This document shows positions 45,858-55,541 of a stretch of 64,000 nt of DNA, one piece after another. Origin of the DNA: Halobacteria archaeon (GTDB lineage Archaea; Methanobacteriota_B; Thermococci; Methanofastidiosales; NM3); the NCBI GenBank assembly GCA_036733165.1, contig DAINBB010000002.1:8223-72222 (forward strand), given 5' to 3'. The translations under genes were made by a program, and so were the position numbers. Below the pieces are notes generated by a model. That model did not search any database. It was not told where the DNA came from and was given only the letters and a program-made list of their open reading frames with translations. Position 1 is the stretch's first letter. Each line of letters opens with the position of its first letter.

Positions 45858-46849
45858 TGTCATTGGGGGAACTGTCTTGCCTCAGAGGAATATCTGGACA
45901 AGAAAAAGAGGTCAGATCCTACATTATAAGGGAGATAGAGGGTCATTGCGAGGACATACGGACAGACAGCATTGGAAACCTCTACGCAAAGAGTGGTGGG
46001 GACAGCAAATCGAGAATTGGGCTCTTCGCCCACATGGACGAGGTCGGCATGATGGTCACCAGAATCGATGGACACCTGCTACACTTCGACCCGGTCGGAG
46101 GCATTAATCCCGTGCTGCTGCCAGGCACAAAGGTAAGGATAGGGGAGAACGCGACTCCCGGCGTCGTAGGATGCCCCCCCAAACATCTTCAGAAGAAGGG
46201 AGAGGGAGAACTGAGCATCCCTCTGGAAGACCTCAGGATAGACGTGGGCGATTTTGTTGAAGAGATTGAAATCGGTGACATGGTGACATTTGACACAGAA
46301 TACAGGGAAAGGTCGGGCGTGGCCAAGGGCAAGGCATTTGATGACAGGATAGGATGTCAATGCCTCATAGACATCATCAAGAAAGGCGTAGACGCCGATT
46401 GCACGTTCGTCTTCACCGTTCAGGAAGAGGCGGGACTGAGGGGGGCACAGGTCGCATCGCAGAACGTTGATATCGATTATGGCATGGCTTGCGAGGGCAC
46501 CTTTGCCCTGGACCAGCCCGGGGTTCCGGACTATGATAAGATGCCAATGATGGGACACGGCCCTGTGATAACCATAGCGGACAGGAGCGTGATATCCAGC
46601 AGGGAGATGGTCGATGCCATGGCCTCCGTGGCCGGGACGTTCGGGATACCCTACCAGTTCAAGCGACCTTTCGCCGGTGGGACGGATGCCGGGATGGTGC
46701 ATCTCTCCGGATTTGGGGTTCCGAGCTGCGTGGTCTCAAACCCGTGCAGATACATTCATTCCCCCTGCGCCATGGCAAGGCTCGAGGACCTAAATATGAT
46801 GTCAAAGCTTATCTATGAATCGATTGGCAGGATCTCGGAGGGGATATGA
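45854..46849 (+). CDS. M42-family (TET) aminopeptidase, paralogue 2
   Basis: GISGQEKEVR, HMDEVGMMV and GKAFDDRIG motifs. ATGA overlap with paralogue 1. Confidence 0.75.
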   Translation: MMSLGELSCLRGISGQEKEVRSYIIREIEGHCEDIRTDSIGNLYAKSGGDSKSRIGLFAHMDEVGMMVTRIDGHLLHFDPVGGINPVLLPGTKVRIGENATPGVVGCPPKHLQKKGEGELSIPLEDLRIDVGDFVEEIEIGDMVTFDTEYRERSGVAKGKAFDDRIGCQCLIDIIKKGVDADCTFVFTVQEEAGLRGAQVASQNVDIDYGMACEGTFALDQPGVPDYDKMPMMGHGPVITIADRSVISSREMVDAMASVAGTFGIPYQFKRPFAGGTDAGMVHLSGFGVPSCVVSNPCRYIHSPCAMARLEDLNMMSKLIYESIGRISEGI

Positions 46850-47853
46850 TGGAGGAACTACTGGAAAGATTATGTAAGGCCAAGGGTGTCTCCGGAAATG
46901 AGCGGGAGGTGGCAAAGATCCTTGAGGAGGAGCTTGCCCCGTTCGTTGAGAAGACTTGGAAAGACAATTTTGGAAACCTCATCTTTGAGAGTGGAGGCAA
47001 CGGCCCCGCGGTGGTTATCGTGGCCCATATGGATGAGATAGGCGGTATGGTAAAGCATGTGGACAAGGAAGGGTTCCTTTATTTTGTCGACATAGGCTCC
47101 AACAACCCGCAACAGCTCGTTGGCAGCAGGGTGCTTGTTGGCGAAGGGTTGCCAGGGGTGATACAGACAAAGAAGAAAGGGAAAGACCTTAAGGTGGAGG
47201 ACCTCTATATCGATGCCGGGGCGGGTGGCCCTGATGAACTCAAAGAGCTCGGTATAGGGCCCGGGACACTTATCGTCAGGGGCCCTTCATACGACAGATT
47301 GATGGGTCAGAGAAGAATCTCAAAATCCTTCGACAACAGGGCGGGGGTGTGTGTGATGGCAGAGACCATGAAAAGGGCGGCGGACACCGGTTGCCGCCTC
47401 ATCGCCGCCGCGTCCTGTCAGGAAGAGGTCGGTGTCAGGGGGGCGAAGGTGCTCTCGAACTACATTGAGGCAGACTATGTATTTGCCCTTGATGTCACCT
47501 TTGCCGTCGACACGCCGCAGAGATCCTCAGACAGGGACATGAACACCTGCCTGGGCAAGGGGCCCGCAATAACGCTCAAGGACGACCACTATCTCATGCG
47601 TCCAGACGTTAGGAGATTCGTCGAGGGCGTTGCGGAGAGGCACGGCATACCGCTGCAATATGACATTTCCACCGGAGGCACAGATGCCGGTCCCCTGTAC
47701 GTGTCCAAGGGCGTGTCGGTGACCGTGCCTATACTTATTCCATTGAGGTATATGCACACCAGCAGCGAGGTCCTCGACCTAGGGGACCTGGAACAGTGCG
47801 TAAGGTTGCTACTGGGATTGATAGAGGAAATAGATTCCCATGCCAAAAAATAA
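46846..47853 (+). CDS. M42-family (TET) aminopeptidase, paralogue 3
   Basis: GVSGNEREVA, HMDEIGGMV and SKSFDNRAG motifs. ATGA overlap with paralogue 2. Confidence 0.75.
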   Translation: MMEELLERLCKAKGVSGNEREVAKILEEELAPFVEKTWKDNFGNLIFESGGNGPAVVIVAHMDEIGGMVKHVDKEGFLYFVDIGSNNPQQLVGSRVLVGEGLPGVIQTKKKGKDLKVEDLYIDAGAGGPDELKELGIGPGTLIVRGPSYDRLMGQRRISKSFDNRAGVCVMAETMKRAADTGCRLIAAASCQEEVGVRGAKVLSNYIEADYVFALDVTFAVDTPQRSSDRDMNTCLGKGPAITLKDDHYLMRPDVRRFVEGVAERHGIPLQYDISTGGTDAGPLYVSKGVSVTVPILIPLRYMHTSSEVLDLGDLEQCVRLLLGLIEEIDSHAKK

Positions 47854-48484
47854 GGTACAGGACTTCTTCAGCAGGAAGAACGTAGCATCATTGGTGGACA
47901 TAGACGGGGAACTCTATGTGTCAAAGAAGTATGTGATAGGGGACGCGACGATCGAGTGGGACATGCTGAAAAAGTGCTTTGAGCGGGGAGTCAGGGTGCC
48001 AAGGCCCATCAAGATCGACGATGGGACCATATTGATGGAATATGTGGACGGGAGCCCCTTGTCGGACAGGAAGTGTCTCTCGTCAGACCAATGCAGGGGC
48101 ATCGCAGAATGGCTTCATGAATTCCATGCCGCACTTCCCGGGATGAAGAGGGGGGACGCGATGCTAAGGAACTTCTTGGAGCATGAGGAAAAAATATACG
48201 GCATCGACTTTGAGGAGGCGGGTGCCGGCGATCAGCTCGAGGACGTTTCAATGCTGTGCGCCTCGATCCTTACGGAGAGCCCCATCTTCGAAGCGAGCAA
48301 GATAATGTGCGCAAGGAAGATAGTGGGCATCTATTCGATGTTGTCAGGGACGGATGTGCATGACAGATGCGTGGATTTGATAGGAAGGGACCTTTTCGCC
48401 ATATACAGGAGATGGAGGGACCATAGGGGCAGAAAAGATAAAAATCTCCTTCAGTGGACGGCGTTTTACAAAACTGTTTTATAA
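47840..48484 (+). CDS. small atypical protein kinase-like protein (Bud32/RIO/Kdo-kinase-like fold), tentative
   Basis: LMEYVDGSPL hinge-like and IYGIDFEEAG DFG-like segments. There is no Gly-rich loop. Confidence 0.35.
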   Translation: MPKNKVQDFFSRKNVASLVDIDGELYVSKKYVIGDATIEWDMLKKCFERGVRVPRPIKIDDGTILMEYVDGSPLSDRKCLSSDQCRGIAEWLHEFHAALPGMKRGDAMLRNFLEHEEKIYGIDFEEAGAGDQLEDVSMLCASILTESPIFEASKIMCARKIVGIYSMLSGTDVHDRCVDLIGRDLFAIYRRWRDHRGRKDKNLLQWTAFYKTVL

Positions 48485-48486
48485 CA

Positions 48487-48825
48487 ATGGAGAGAATAAG
48501 CATTATGAAGGTCTTCCCCAAATTCAAACTATGGCTGGAAAACGACAAAGGACAATTCCTTATCGGAGAGGGGACCTTCAAATTGCTAAAAGACATAGAA
48601 GACACCGGTTCATTGTCCGACGCTGCCAAAAAAAGCAATATCTCTTATGCCCATGCTTGGAAGAAGATCAGGAAGGTTGAGAAGATCCTTAACAAGACAC
48701 TGGTCGAAAGGACTAGGGGGGGTGTCGGCGGCGGCCATTCACAGCTTGCCGATGAGGGCAAGGAACTTCTTGATAAATTCATGAAGACCAGAGAGATATT
48801 ATCTGCTTCATTGAAAGACGAATAA
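48487..48825 (+). CDS. ModE N-terminal-like winged HTH (LysR-type HTH) protein
   Basis: GEGTFKLLKDIEDTGSLSDAAKKSNISYAHAWKKI matches the ModE/molybdate-regulator N-terminal domain pattern. Confidence 0.55.
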   Translation: MERISIMKVFPKFKLWLENDKGQFLIGEGTFKLLKDIEDTGSLSDAAKKSNISYAHAWKKIRKVEKILNKTLVERTRGGVGGGHSQLADEGKELLDKFMKTREILSASLKDE

Positions 48826-48902
48826 ACGCTTCTATCATATCATGGATTCAGCGCCGTTGCCCGTATCAGATATATTTATAAGCCGAGCTCAAAAGTGATT
48901 CC

Positions 48903-50081
48903 ATGAGCCATTGCAAGACAAGAATGCCATTCATCTCTCTAGTGACTTTTCTGCTGATTTCCATTATACTCGTCTCAGGATGCCTGTCCCAACAGACAGA
49001 GGTAGATGGCATTGTCACCCTTTCGTTCTCGGTAACGCATTCACATGGATACGGTACCATAACGATAAATGGCGTTGAATACGGAGATGGAGATTCCGTC
49101 GAACTTGAGCCTGGAAACTATTCGGTCGTTGGGGTCGCTGCATCTGACAGCACATTCCTAAATTGGAAAAAGGAGGGCGATATCAGCTTTACAATGCCCA
49201 CTTCCTCATCGACCTTCATTGAGATAGACGGTGATGGCACCCTCATCATGGTCCAGACGGAGAGGGAAACCTTCAGGGATCCTACGACCATACCTCTTCA
49301 AGAGCTAGGGACCTCCACCTTCGAGGAGTCCGAGATAGACCGTCTAGGGATATACAAGACCATGGAAGAGCCTTTTGATTTCTGCAATGGAATCGGTGCC
49401 AAGGTCGTGAACATAGCCGAATATGAGACCTTTTTCGTGTATTACCTGCCAGAGGGTTGGGAAGACCTCGAGGAGAAGAAGGTCATGGTGTTGCTTCATG
49501 ACTCTGACGAATGCGCGTATTCCAGGATACAGGGCCTGTATGAGAGTGCCGAGAAATACTCGTTCGCTATCGTTTCCCTGCAGTGGGGTTGGAGACCGAT
49601 GAAGAACGGTGATTACAAATACTTGGACCAGGATGTGCTCTACGATGCGTCCATAATGGCCCTTCGTTATCTTGAAGAACGATATGATATCGATGAGGAC
49701 GACGTTGCATGGAACGGATACGGCAGGAGTGGCGGCGTGTCGATCGCTCAAGCCTATTACGATGTGGAGAAGAACGGCTGGTTCAGCCTCTTTATGGAGA
49801 TATCGGGTGGTCTCGACACCAGTGTCTCCATGGTGGACGACCTCATAGAAGGCGCCTACGGCGAAAGCCCCATAGAAGGTAAGTCCTTCTACCTCTGGTG
49901 CGGTACCGCGGACAATGGAGGCCTGACATGCGAGGACATGACACTGGACTGTGATCTGCTCGTGGGGATGGGGGCTGTTGTGGATTATTTCGATATCGGC
50001 CAGGACATGGATAAGACGTACTGGAACAACACCCCGGAGTCGCAGGAACACGCAATAGAGCTTTGGCTAAATATAATATAA
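48903..50081 (+). CDS. lipoprotein with a putative alpha/beta-hydrolase (esterase-like) domain
   Basis: Signal peptide plus lipobox-like LVSGC. GxSxG-type GYGRSGG nucleophile elbow. An Ig-like N-terminal part. Confidence 0.4.
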   Translation: MSHCKTRMPFISLVTFLLISIILVSGCLSQQTEVDGIVTLSFSVTHSHGYGTITINGVEYGDGDSVELEPGNYSVVGVAASDSTFLNWKKEGDISFTMPTSSSTFIEIDGDGTLIMVQTERETFRDPTTIPLQELGTSTFEESEIDRLGIYKTMEEPFDFCNGIGAKVVNIAEYETFFVYYLPEGWEDLEEKKVMVLLHDSDECAYSRIQGLYESAEKYSFAIVSLQWGWRPMKNGDYKYLDQDVLYDASIMALRYLEERYDIDEDDVAWNGYGRSGGVSIAQAYYDVEKNGWFSLFMEISGGLDTSVSMVDDLIEGAYGESPIEGKSFYLWCGTADNGGLTCEDMTLDCDLLVGMGAVVDYFDIGQDMDKTYWNNTPESQEHAIELWLNII

Positions 50082-50118
50082 CAAAAAAACTATTATGTGA
50101 GCCCGCCAATCATAAACT

Positions 50119-50937
50119 GTGTATAAACATTTCTTGGCCTGTGTCGACGGTTCCTACGACAGCGAGGTCGCTGCAAAGTACGCCATGGAAATGGCGAGGG
50201 AAGCAAAAGCGAAGCTCTCGATCCTCACTGTGATAGACAGTAGGAATCCAGAAGGTGAGATGTCCCTCGAGAGACTTAAAAGAATCTCCGAGAGAAGGGG
50301 CATCAAACCGATCTTCGTGCGGGAGGAAGGAGACCAGCTAAAGAGGACCGCGTCCTTTGCGGAAGCGAACGGTGTGGATGCCATAGTGGCATCGTCCGGC
50401 GGCAAGGTAAAGGTAAGCGGTGTTTTCCCAGACAACTTCTCCCAGCGGTTGATCACCAGCATCGACAAGACGGTCTTCATAATCAAGTCTGTCAAGGCCA
50501 GCACGGGCAGGTCCCACAAGAAGGTGCTCTGCCCGATACAGAGCGCCACCCAATCCGTCACTGAAAGGGTGGAGGCGCTCTCTCTCATCGCCAGGACGTA
50601 CGATTGCCCGATATCCCTGTTCAGATGCCACAAGACAAGACCTGACGAGTATCTGGACTCGGATCAAAAGACCCTCATATACGATGAGATGAGGGAATAC
50701 CTCTCTGACATGAAGGGGAGGCTTGACGCCGAGAACGTCAGAACGTATCTGAACATGAGGATGTGCCCCTCCATCAAGGAGGAGATACTCAATTACATCG
50801 AGAGGAACAACTACGACCTTCTTTTTCTCAGGGTAACACCGGGAAGATTTCCTTCATTCGCCAGGAAGGACTTCTCCATGGAGATCATGAAGGACTCAGA
50901 GTGCAATGTGATATTGTGGAAACCAAAGGGAGCGTGA
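50119..50937 (+). CDS. tandem universal stress protein (UspA) domain protein
   Basis: ACVDGSYDSEVAAKYA start and two UspA-like halves. Confidence 0.6.
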   Translation: MYKHFLACVDGSYDSEVAAKYAMEMAREAKAKLSILTVIDSRNPEGEMSLERLKRISERRGIKPIFVREEGDQLKRTASFAEANGVDAIVASSGGKVKVSGVFPDNFSQRLITSIDKTVFIIKSVKASTGRSHKKVLCPIQSATQSVTERVEALSLIARTYDCPISLFRCHKTRPDEYLDSDQKTLIYDEMREYLSDMKGRLDAENVRTYLNMRMCPSIKEEILNYIERNNYDLLFLRVTPGRFPSFARKDFSMEIMKDSECNVILWKPKGA

Positions 50938-50941
50938 ATCC

Positions 50942-53677
50942 TTGGAGATCCATAGGCTGGAAGCAAACGAGGTATATGACGAAATAGGTACCACCGAAAG
51001 GGGCCTCTCAGAAAGCGAGGCGATACGGAGACTGGAAAGGTTCGGAAGGAACGAGATACAGAGGAAGGAGACAACGCCCCTCTGGAAGAAGTTCCTAAAA
51101 CAGCTTACGAACTTTTTCGCAATATTGTTGTGGGTGGCCTCCATTATGGCGTTTCTTGGTGAGATGCTGTCACCCGGGGAAGGCATGCTGAACCTTGGGA
51201 TGGCGCTTGTCGCCGTGGTACTGATAAATGGGACCTTCACGTTCTACCAGGAATACAAGGCCGAAAAGGCCGTAGAGGCGCTTCAGAACATGATGGCCTT
51301 CACCGCCGTTGTCATTCGGGACGGGAAGGAACGGGAGATACCCTCTGCCGAGATAGTGCCAGGCGACCTTGTGAAGCTGGCCGAAGGGAACAGGGTCCCC
51401 GCGGACGCCCGCCTTCTGGAGGCCTATGAACTGAAGGTCAACAACTCGATCCTTACAGGGGAGTCGCGCCCGAGCAAGAGGAACTCTAATGTGTCTGACG
51501 ATGACCTCATAGAGTCCGAGAACGTGGTCTTTTCGGGGACCACCGTCGTCTCCGGGAGCGGGTTGGGGGCCGTCTACGCCACGGGCTCGTCCACAGAGTT
51601 CGGCAGGATAGCGGACCTCACGTCCGAGATAAGGGAAACGCTCACACCCCTCCAAAAGGAGATATCGAAGTTCATCAAGGTGATATCTGCGATAGCGATA
51701 ATGCTGGGTATAGTCTTCTTCTCGACCGGGCTGTTGATAGGCAACTCGTTCTGGGTGTCCTTCATATTCGCGATAGGCATAATAGTCGCCAATGTGCCCG
51801 AAGGCCTGTTGCCCACGGTAACGTTGACGCTGTCGCTTGGAAGCCAGAGGATGGCCAGGAGAAACGCGTTGATAAAGTCCCTCAATTCCGTCGAAACCCT
51901 TGGCTCGACCACCGTGATATGCACTGACAAGACAGGCACTCTCACGCAGAATCAGATGACAGTGAGGGCAATGTATGCCAACGGCAGGCGCTACTCCGTG
52001 ACTGGCGGCGGATATGAACCCGTAGGCGGGATAATGGATGGTAATGATGAGATACCTATAGAAAAAGAGGGTTCTATAGACAGACTGATCAAATGCTGCA
52101 GCCTATGCAACGATTCCACGATCACCAACGAGGAAGGCCTGTGGGGCATAATAGGCGACCCCACCGAGGGCGCTATGAAGGTGCTCGCGGCCAAGGTAAT
52201 GGACACGGACATGCTGGATGATAAAAACAAAAGGGCGTTTCAGGTGCCATTCGACTCGGACAGGAAGAGGATGAGCGTGGTCGTCAAGACGGACCAAGGC
52301 ACAATATGTTATGTCAAGGGGGCCCCGGAGTCCATCTTGGAACGTTCGACGAACATCATGCTGGACGGACGGACCGTTCCTCTGGACGACAGGACAAGAA
52401 AGGAAATTGAGACCGAGGCCCAAGAGTTCTCCGACCAGGCCCTGCGTGTGATCGCCCTGTCCTACAAGGTCATCGATACGGAAAAGGAGAACTACGACAA
52501 GGAGGATCTGGAGAACGGGCTCGTGTTCCTGGGCCTTGTCGGGATGATAGACCCTCCAAGGACGGAGGTTCGAGAGGCAATAGAGAAATGCAAGACGGCA
52601 GGGATCAAAATAATCATAATCACCGGCGACAATCCCCAGACCGCCCAGGCGATAGCCAAGGCCACGGGCGTGGTTGAGGGGGACTCCTGCGTGGCCGTCA
52701 CAGGAAAGGAGCTAAACGCCATGGGCGATGACGAGCTTAAGGAAGTCCTTGGCCAGAGCGAAGTGATATTCGCAAGGACCACGCCAGAACACAAGATGAG
52801 GATAGTCACGGCCCTCAGGGAGATGGACGAGGTCGTGGCAGTGACCGGTGACGGGGTCAACGACGCCCCCGCCCTCAAGGCCGCCGACATAGGTGTTGCA
52901 ATGGGGGTGTCTGGCACCGATGTCGCTAAAGAGGCTGCCGACATGATACTGGTCGACGACAACTTCGCCTCCATCGTCAACGCCATCGAGGAGGGCAGGG
53001 CGGTCTTTGCAAACATCAGGAAGTTCATATCCTACATACTCACCTCCAACATACCGGAGATCGTTCCGTACATCGTGTACGTGCTTGCTGGCGTGCCCCT
53101 GCCGCTTACGGTCATCCAGATACTCACGGTGGACCTGGGGACCGATCTTGCCCCTGCCATTGCCATAGGTGCGGAGCCCCCGGAACCTGGGGTGATGGAA
53201 CAGAAACCACGCTCAAGGACCGAGCGACTGCTGAAAAAGAACACCCTGTTGCGCTCCTATGGATTCGTGGGGCCCATCGAGGCCGCTGCCGGCCTCATCG
53301 CATTCTTCTGGCTGCTTCAGCAGGGCGGATGGACAGGGGGCGACCTTCCCGCATCGGACCTCCTTTACCAGAAGGCGACGACCATCTGCCTGACCGCAAT
53401 AATCGTCTGCCAGATAGCCAACGTCTTCGTTATTAGAAGTCCGAGACTGTCAATATTCAGGCAGGGGTTCTTCTCGAACAAGAAGATCATAGTCGGGATA
53501 ATAGTGGAGATAGTGCTGATAATGCTGTTCGTCTACGTCCCCCCTATACAGGCGATACTCGGCACCCAGGCCCTAGGATTCAAGGAATGGCTGTTCCTCG
53601 TGCCCTTCGCCGTGTTCCTCTTCGTGGCAGAAGAGTTCAGGAAGTACATGCTCAGGAAAAGGGAAGGGATCGTTTAG
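50942..53677 (+). CDS. P-type cation-transporting ATPase (type II, Ca2+/cation-ATPase-like)
   Basis: DKTGTLT phosphorylation site, TGDGVNDAPALKAADIGVAMG hinge, and about 10 TM helices. Confidence 0.8.
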   Translation: MEIHRLEANEVYDEIGTTERGLSESEAIRRLERFGRNEIQRKETTPLWKKFLKQLTNFFAILLWVASIMAFLGEMLSPGEGMLNLGMALVAVVLINGTFTFYQEYKAEKAVEALQNMMAFTAVVIRDGKEREIPSAEIVPGDLVKLAEGNRVPADARLLEAYELKVNNSILTGESRPSKRNSNVSDDDLIESENVVFSGTTVVSGSGLGAVYATGSSTEFGRIADLTSEIRETLTPLQKEISKFIKVISAIAIMLGIVFFSTGLLIGNSFWVSFIFAIGIIVANVPEGLLPTVTLTLSLGSQRMARRNALIKSLNSVETLGSTTVICTDKTGTLTQNQMTVRAMYANGRRYSVTGGGYEPVGGIMDGNDEIPIEKEGSIDRLIKCCSLCNDSTITNEEGLWGIIGDPTEGAMKVLAAKVMDTDMLDDKNKRAFQVPFDSDRKRMSVVVKTDQGTICYVKGAPESILERSTNIMLDGRTVPLDDRTRKEIETEAQEFSDQALRVIALSYKVIDTEKENYDKEDLENGLVFLGLVGMIDPPRTEVREAIEKCKTAGIKIIIITGDNPQTAQAIAKATGVVEGDSCVAVTGKELNAMGDDELKEVLGQSEVIFARTTPEHKMRIVTALREMDEVVAVTGDGVNDAPALKAADIGVAMGVSGTDVAKEAADMILVDDNFASIVNAIEEGRAVFANIRKFISYILTSNIPEIVPYIVYVLAGVPLPLTVIQILTVDLGTDLAPAIAIGAEPPEPGVMEQKPRSRTERLLKKNTLLRSYGFVGPIEAAAGLIAFFWLLQQGGWTGGDLPASDLLYQKATTICLTAIIVCQIANVFVIRSPRLSIFRQGFFSNKKIIVGIIVEIVLIMLFVYVPPIQAILGTQALGFKEWLFLVPFAVFLFVAEEFRKYMLRKREGIV

Positions 53678-53721
53678 ATATGTCGTGTTTCTAATGTCCC
53701 AAATCGAATAACTATAAATAC

Positions 53722-55167
53722 GTGGCAATGTTTGATTTATCAATGAGAATGCGACCTATTGCACTGTTGGTGCTGGCATCCTTGTTCCTTTTCTCCATGA
53801 TGCCACAGACCGTCTCGGCCTACGATACCCTGACGGACATGGAGATAAAGGTGGACCCCGCCAGCCTCGAGATGCAGCTGGGGGATACCGCATCGCTACA
53901 GGTGACCATCGTCATCATCCATTCCAACTGCCCCCTTGAGATAGACGACACGGAGATAGTTCTGCCTGACTTCCTCTCCATCGCCGGCGAGACCGAGTGG
54001 CAGAAAACCGAAAGCAACGTCTTTGAGAAGGTCCTGTCGCTGGAAGCGGTCGCAGAGGGTTCGGGTTATATAAAGATAATAAGGGACTGTCCCAGGTACG
54101 GTATCTTGGAGAAAATGGTCCCCGTTCTGGTCGGGGAAGGCACGCTTCCCGGCATGACAGGCGAGGGAAGTCCGCCCGAATTTGAATGGTCGGCCGTCAA
54201 GAACATGACGCTCACGGAGGCCGCGGAATACTATGGCGTCAAGGTCGCAGACGTCGTGTCAAGGCTTGGTCTCAACGATGTGGAGAACCTGACGCTGGTC
54301 CAGATAAAGAAGCTGTACGACATACCGAACGAACAGTTCCAGACCGTCCTGGAGGACCTCTACAATGAAAGCTACCAGACGCCCGATGAAGGGAAGACCA
54401 TAGACACAGAGATATATCAGAAAGATTACGTGTTCTTTTTGCTGTTGGCGGTCTCATTCTTGATATTCCTCCTAAAAAGGTACAATGCCAGGTACCTCAC
54501 CCTACTCTTCGCCCTCTTGTACTTCGGATTCTATCAGGAGGGGTGCATGTGCCACATTGGGGCCATAGGCAACATATTCTTAAGAAACATAACGATCATC
54601 AAGCTTCACTGGTTGCTGCTGGTCCTTGTTCCCATCGTCTTCAGTCTGTTGTTCGGCAGGGTGTTCTGCGGATGGGTGTGCTTCTTTGGCGCCCTCCAGC
54701 AGTTTATATACGAAGTGAGAAAAAGGGCGTTCCCAAAGATGAAAAGGTACGACCTTCCCTTATATGCGCACTATTTCAAGTTCCCGGTATTGTTGATATT
54801 CATATATTATGCATACATGCTATCGATACCGCTCTTCTGCGACTATGATCCGTTCATATACATCTTCACGCTGTCGTTCGCCCTTGATGTGCTCGGCATT
54901 CTGACGATAGCGCTCGTCGTGTCCTCGTTCTTTATAGAAAGGCCTTTCTGCAGGTATGTATGTCCCCTCGGCGCCCTGTTGTGGCTGACAGAAAAGGTGC
55001 CCCTGTACAGGGTGAAGGTGGACAGGGAGAAATGCGTCTCCTGCAATCTCTGCAACCGGGTCTGTCCCATGAACAAGGACATACCAAAAGACCAGGGAGA
55101 GTGCATCTGTTGCGGGGAATGTATCAGGAAGTGTAGAAAAGGACTGCTCAAATACAGATTTCATTAA
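53722..55167 (+). CDS. NapH/MauN-like ferredoxin-type membrane protein with a ~230 aa N-terminal secreted domain
   Basis: Signal peptide, then TM helices with FCGWVCFFG and FCRYVCPLG motifs. C-terminal CVSCNLCNRVCP...CICCGECIRKC. This is a paralogue of the membrane part of 36741-39008. Confidence 0.55.
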   Translation: MAMFDLSMRMRPIALLVLASLFLFSMMPQTVSAYDTLTDMEIKVDPASLEMQLGDTASLQVTIVIIHSNCPLEIDDTEIVLPDFLSIAGETEWQKTESNVFEKVLSLEAVAEGSGYIKIIRDCPRYGILEKMVPVLVGEGTLPGMTGEGSPPEFEWSAVKNMTLTEAAEYYGVKVADVVSRLGLNDVENLTLVQIKKLYDIPNEQFQTVLEDLYNESYQTPDEGKTIDTEIYQKDYVFFLLLAVSFLIFLLKRYNARYLTLLFALLYFGFYQEGCMCHIGAIGNIFLRNITIIKLHWLLLVLVPIVFSLLFGRVFCGWVCFFGALQQFIYEVRKRAFPKMKRYDLPLYAHYFKFPVLLIFIYYAYMLSIPLFCDYDPFIYIFTLSFALDVLGILTIALVVSSFFIERPFCRYVCPLGALLWLTEKVPLYRVKVDREKCVSCNLCNRVCPMNKDIPKDQGECICCGECIRKCRKGLLKYRFH

Positions 55168-55184
55168 AAAAGAGAAAATTGATA

Positions 55185-55541
55185 TCAGTCCGAACGTATC
55201 ATGACCAACATCATCTTATATGGTGTGAGAGCCTCTAGGGCATGGGGTTCGTTGGCAGGCATTATGGTCATCTGCCCTCCATCAAGCTCAATTGATTCTC
55301 CGCTTATCGTGATGCGGACCTTGCCGTCTATGATGTAGACCAGCGCATCGTATGGCGCCGTGTGCTCACTCAGACCCTCGCCCTCATCGAAGGAAAATAC
55401 CGTCACTGTGCCGGCCTTTTTTTGAAGTATGGTCCTGCTTACCACGCTGCCGTCCTGATAGTCGACAAGCGAGGAGAGTCCGCTGACCCTCGACATGAGC
55501 TCTTCATTTTCGTTTTCCTTGTTGTATTCCAATTCCATCAC
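55185..55541 (-). CDS. cupin-domain protein
   Basis: 118 aa cupin_2-like barrel. Paralogous in pattern to 7287-7625. Confidence 0.5.
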   Translation of the reverse strand: MMELEYNKENENEELMSRVSGLSSLVDYQDGSVVSRTILQKKAGTVTVFSFDEGEGLSEHTAPYDALVYIIDGKVRITISGESIELDGGQMTIMPANEPHALEALTPYKMMLVMIRSD

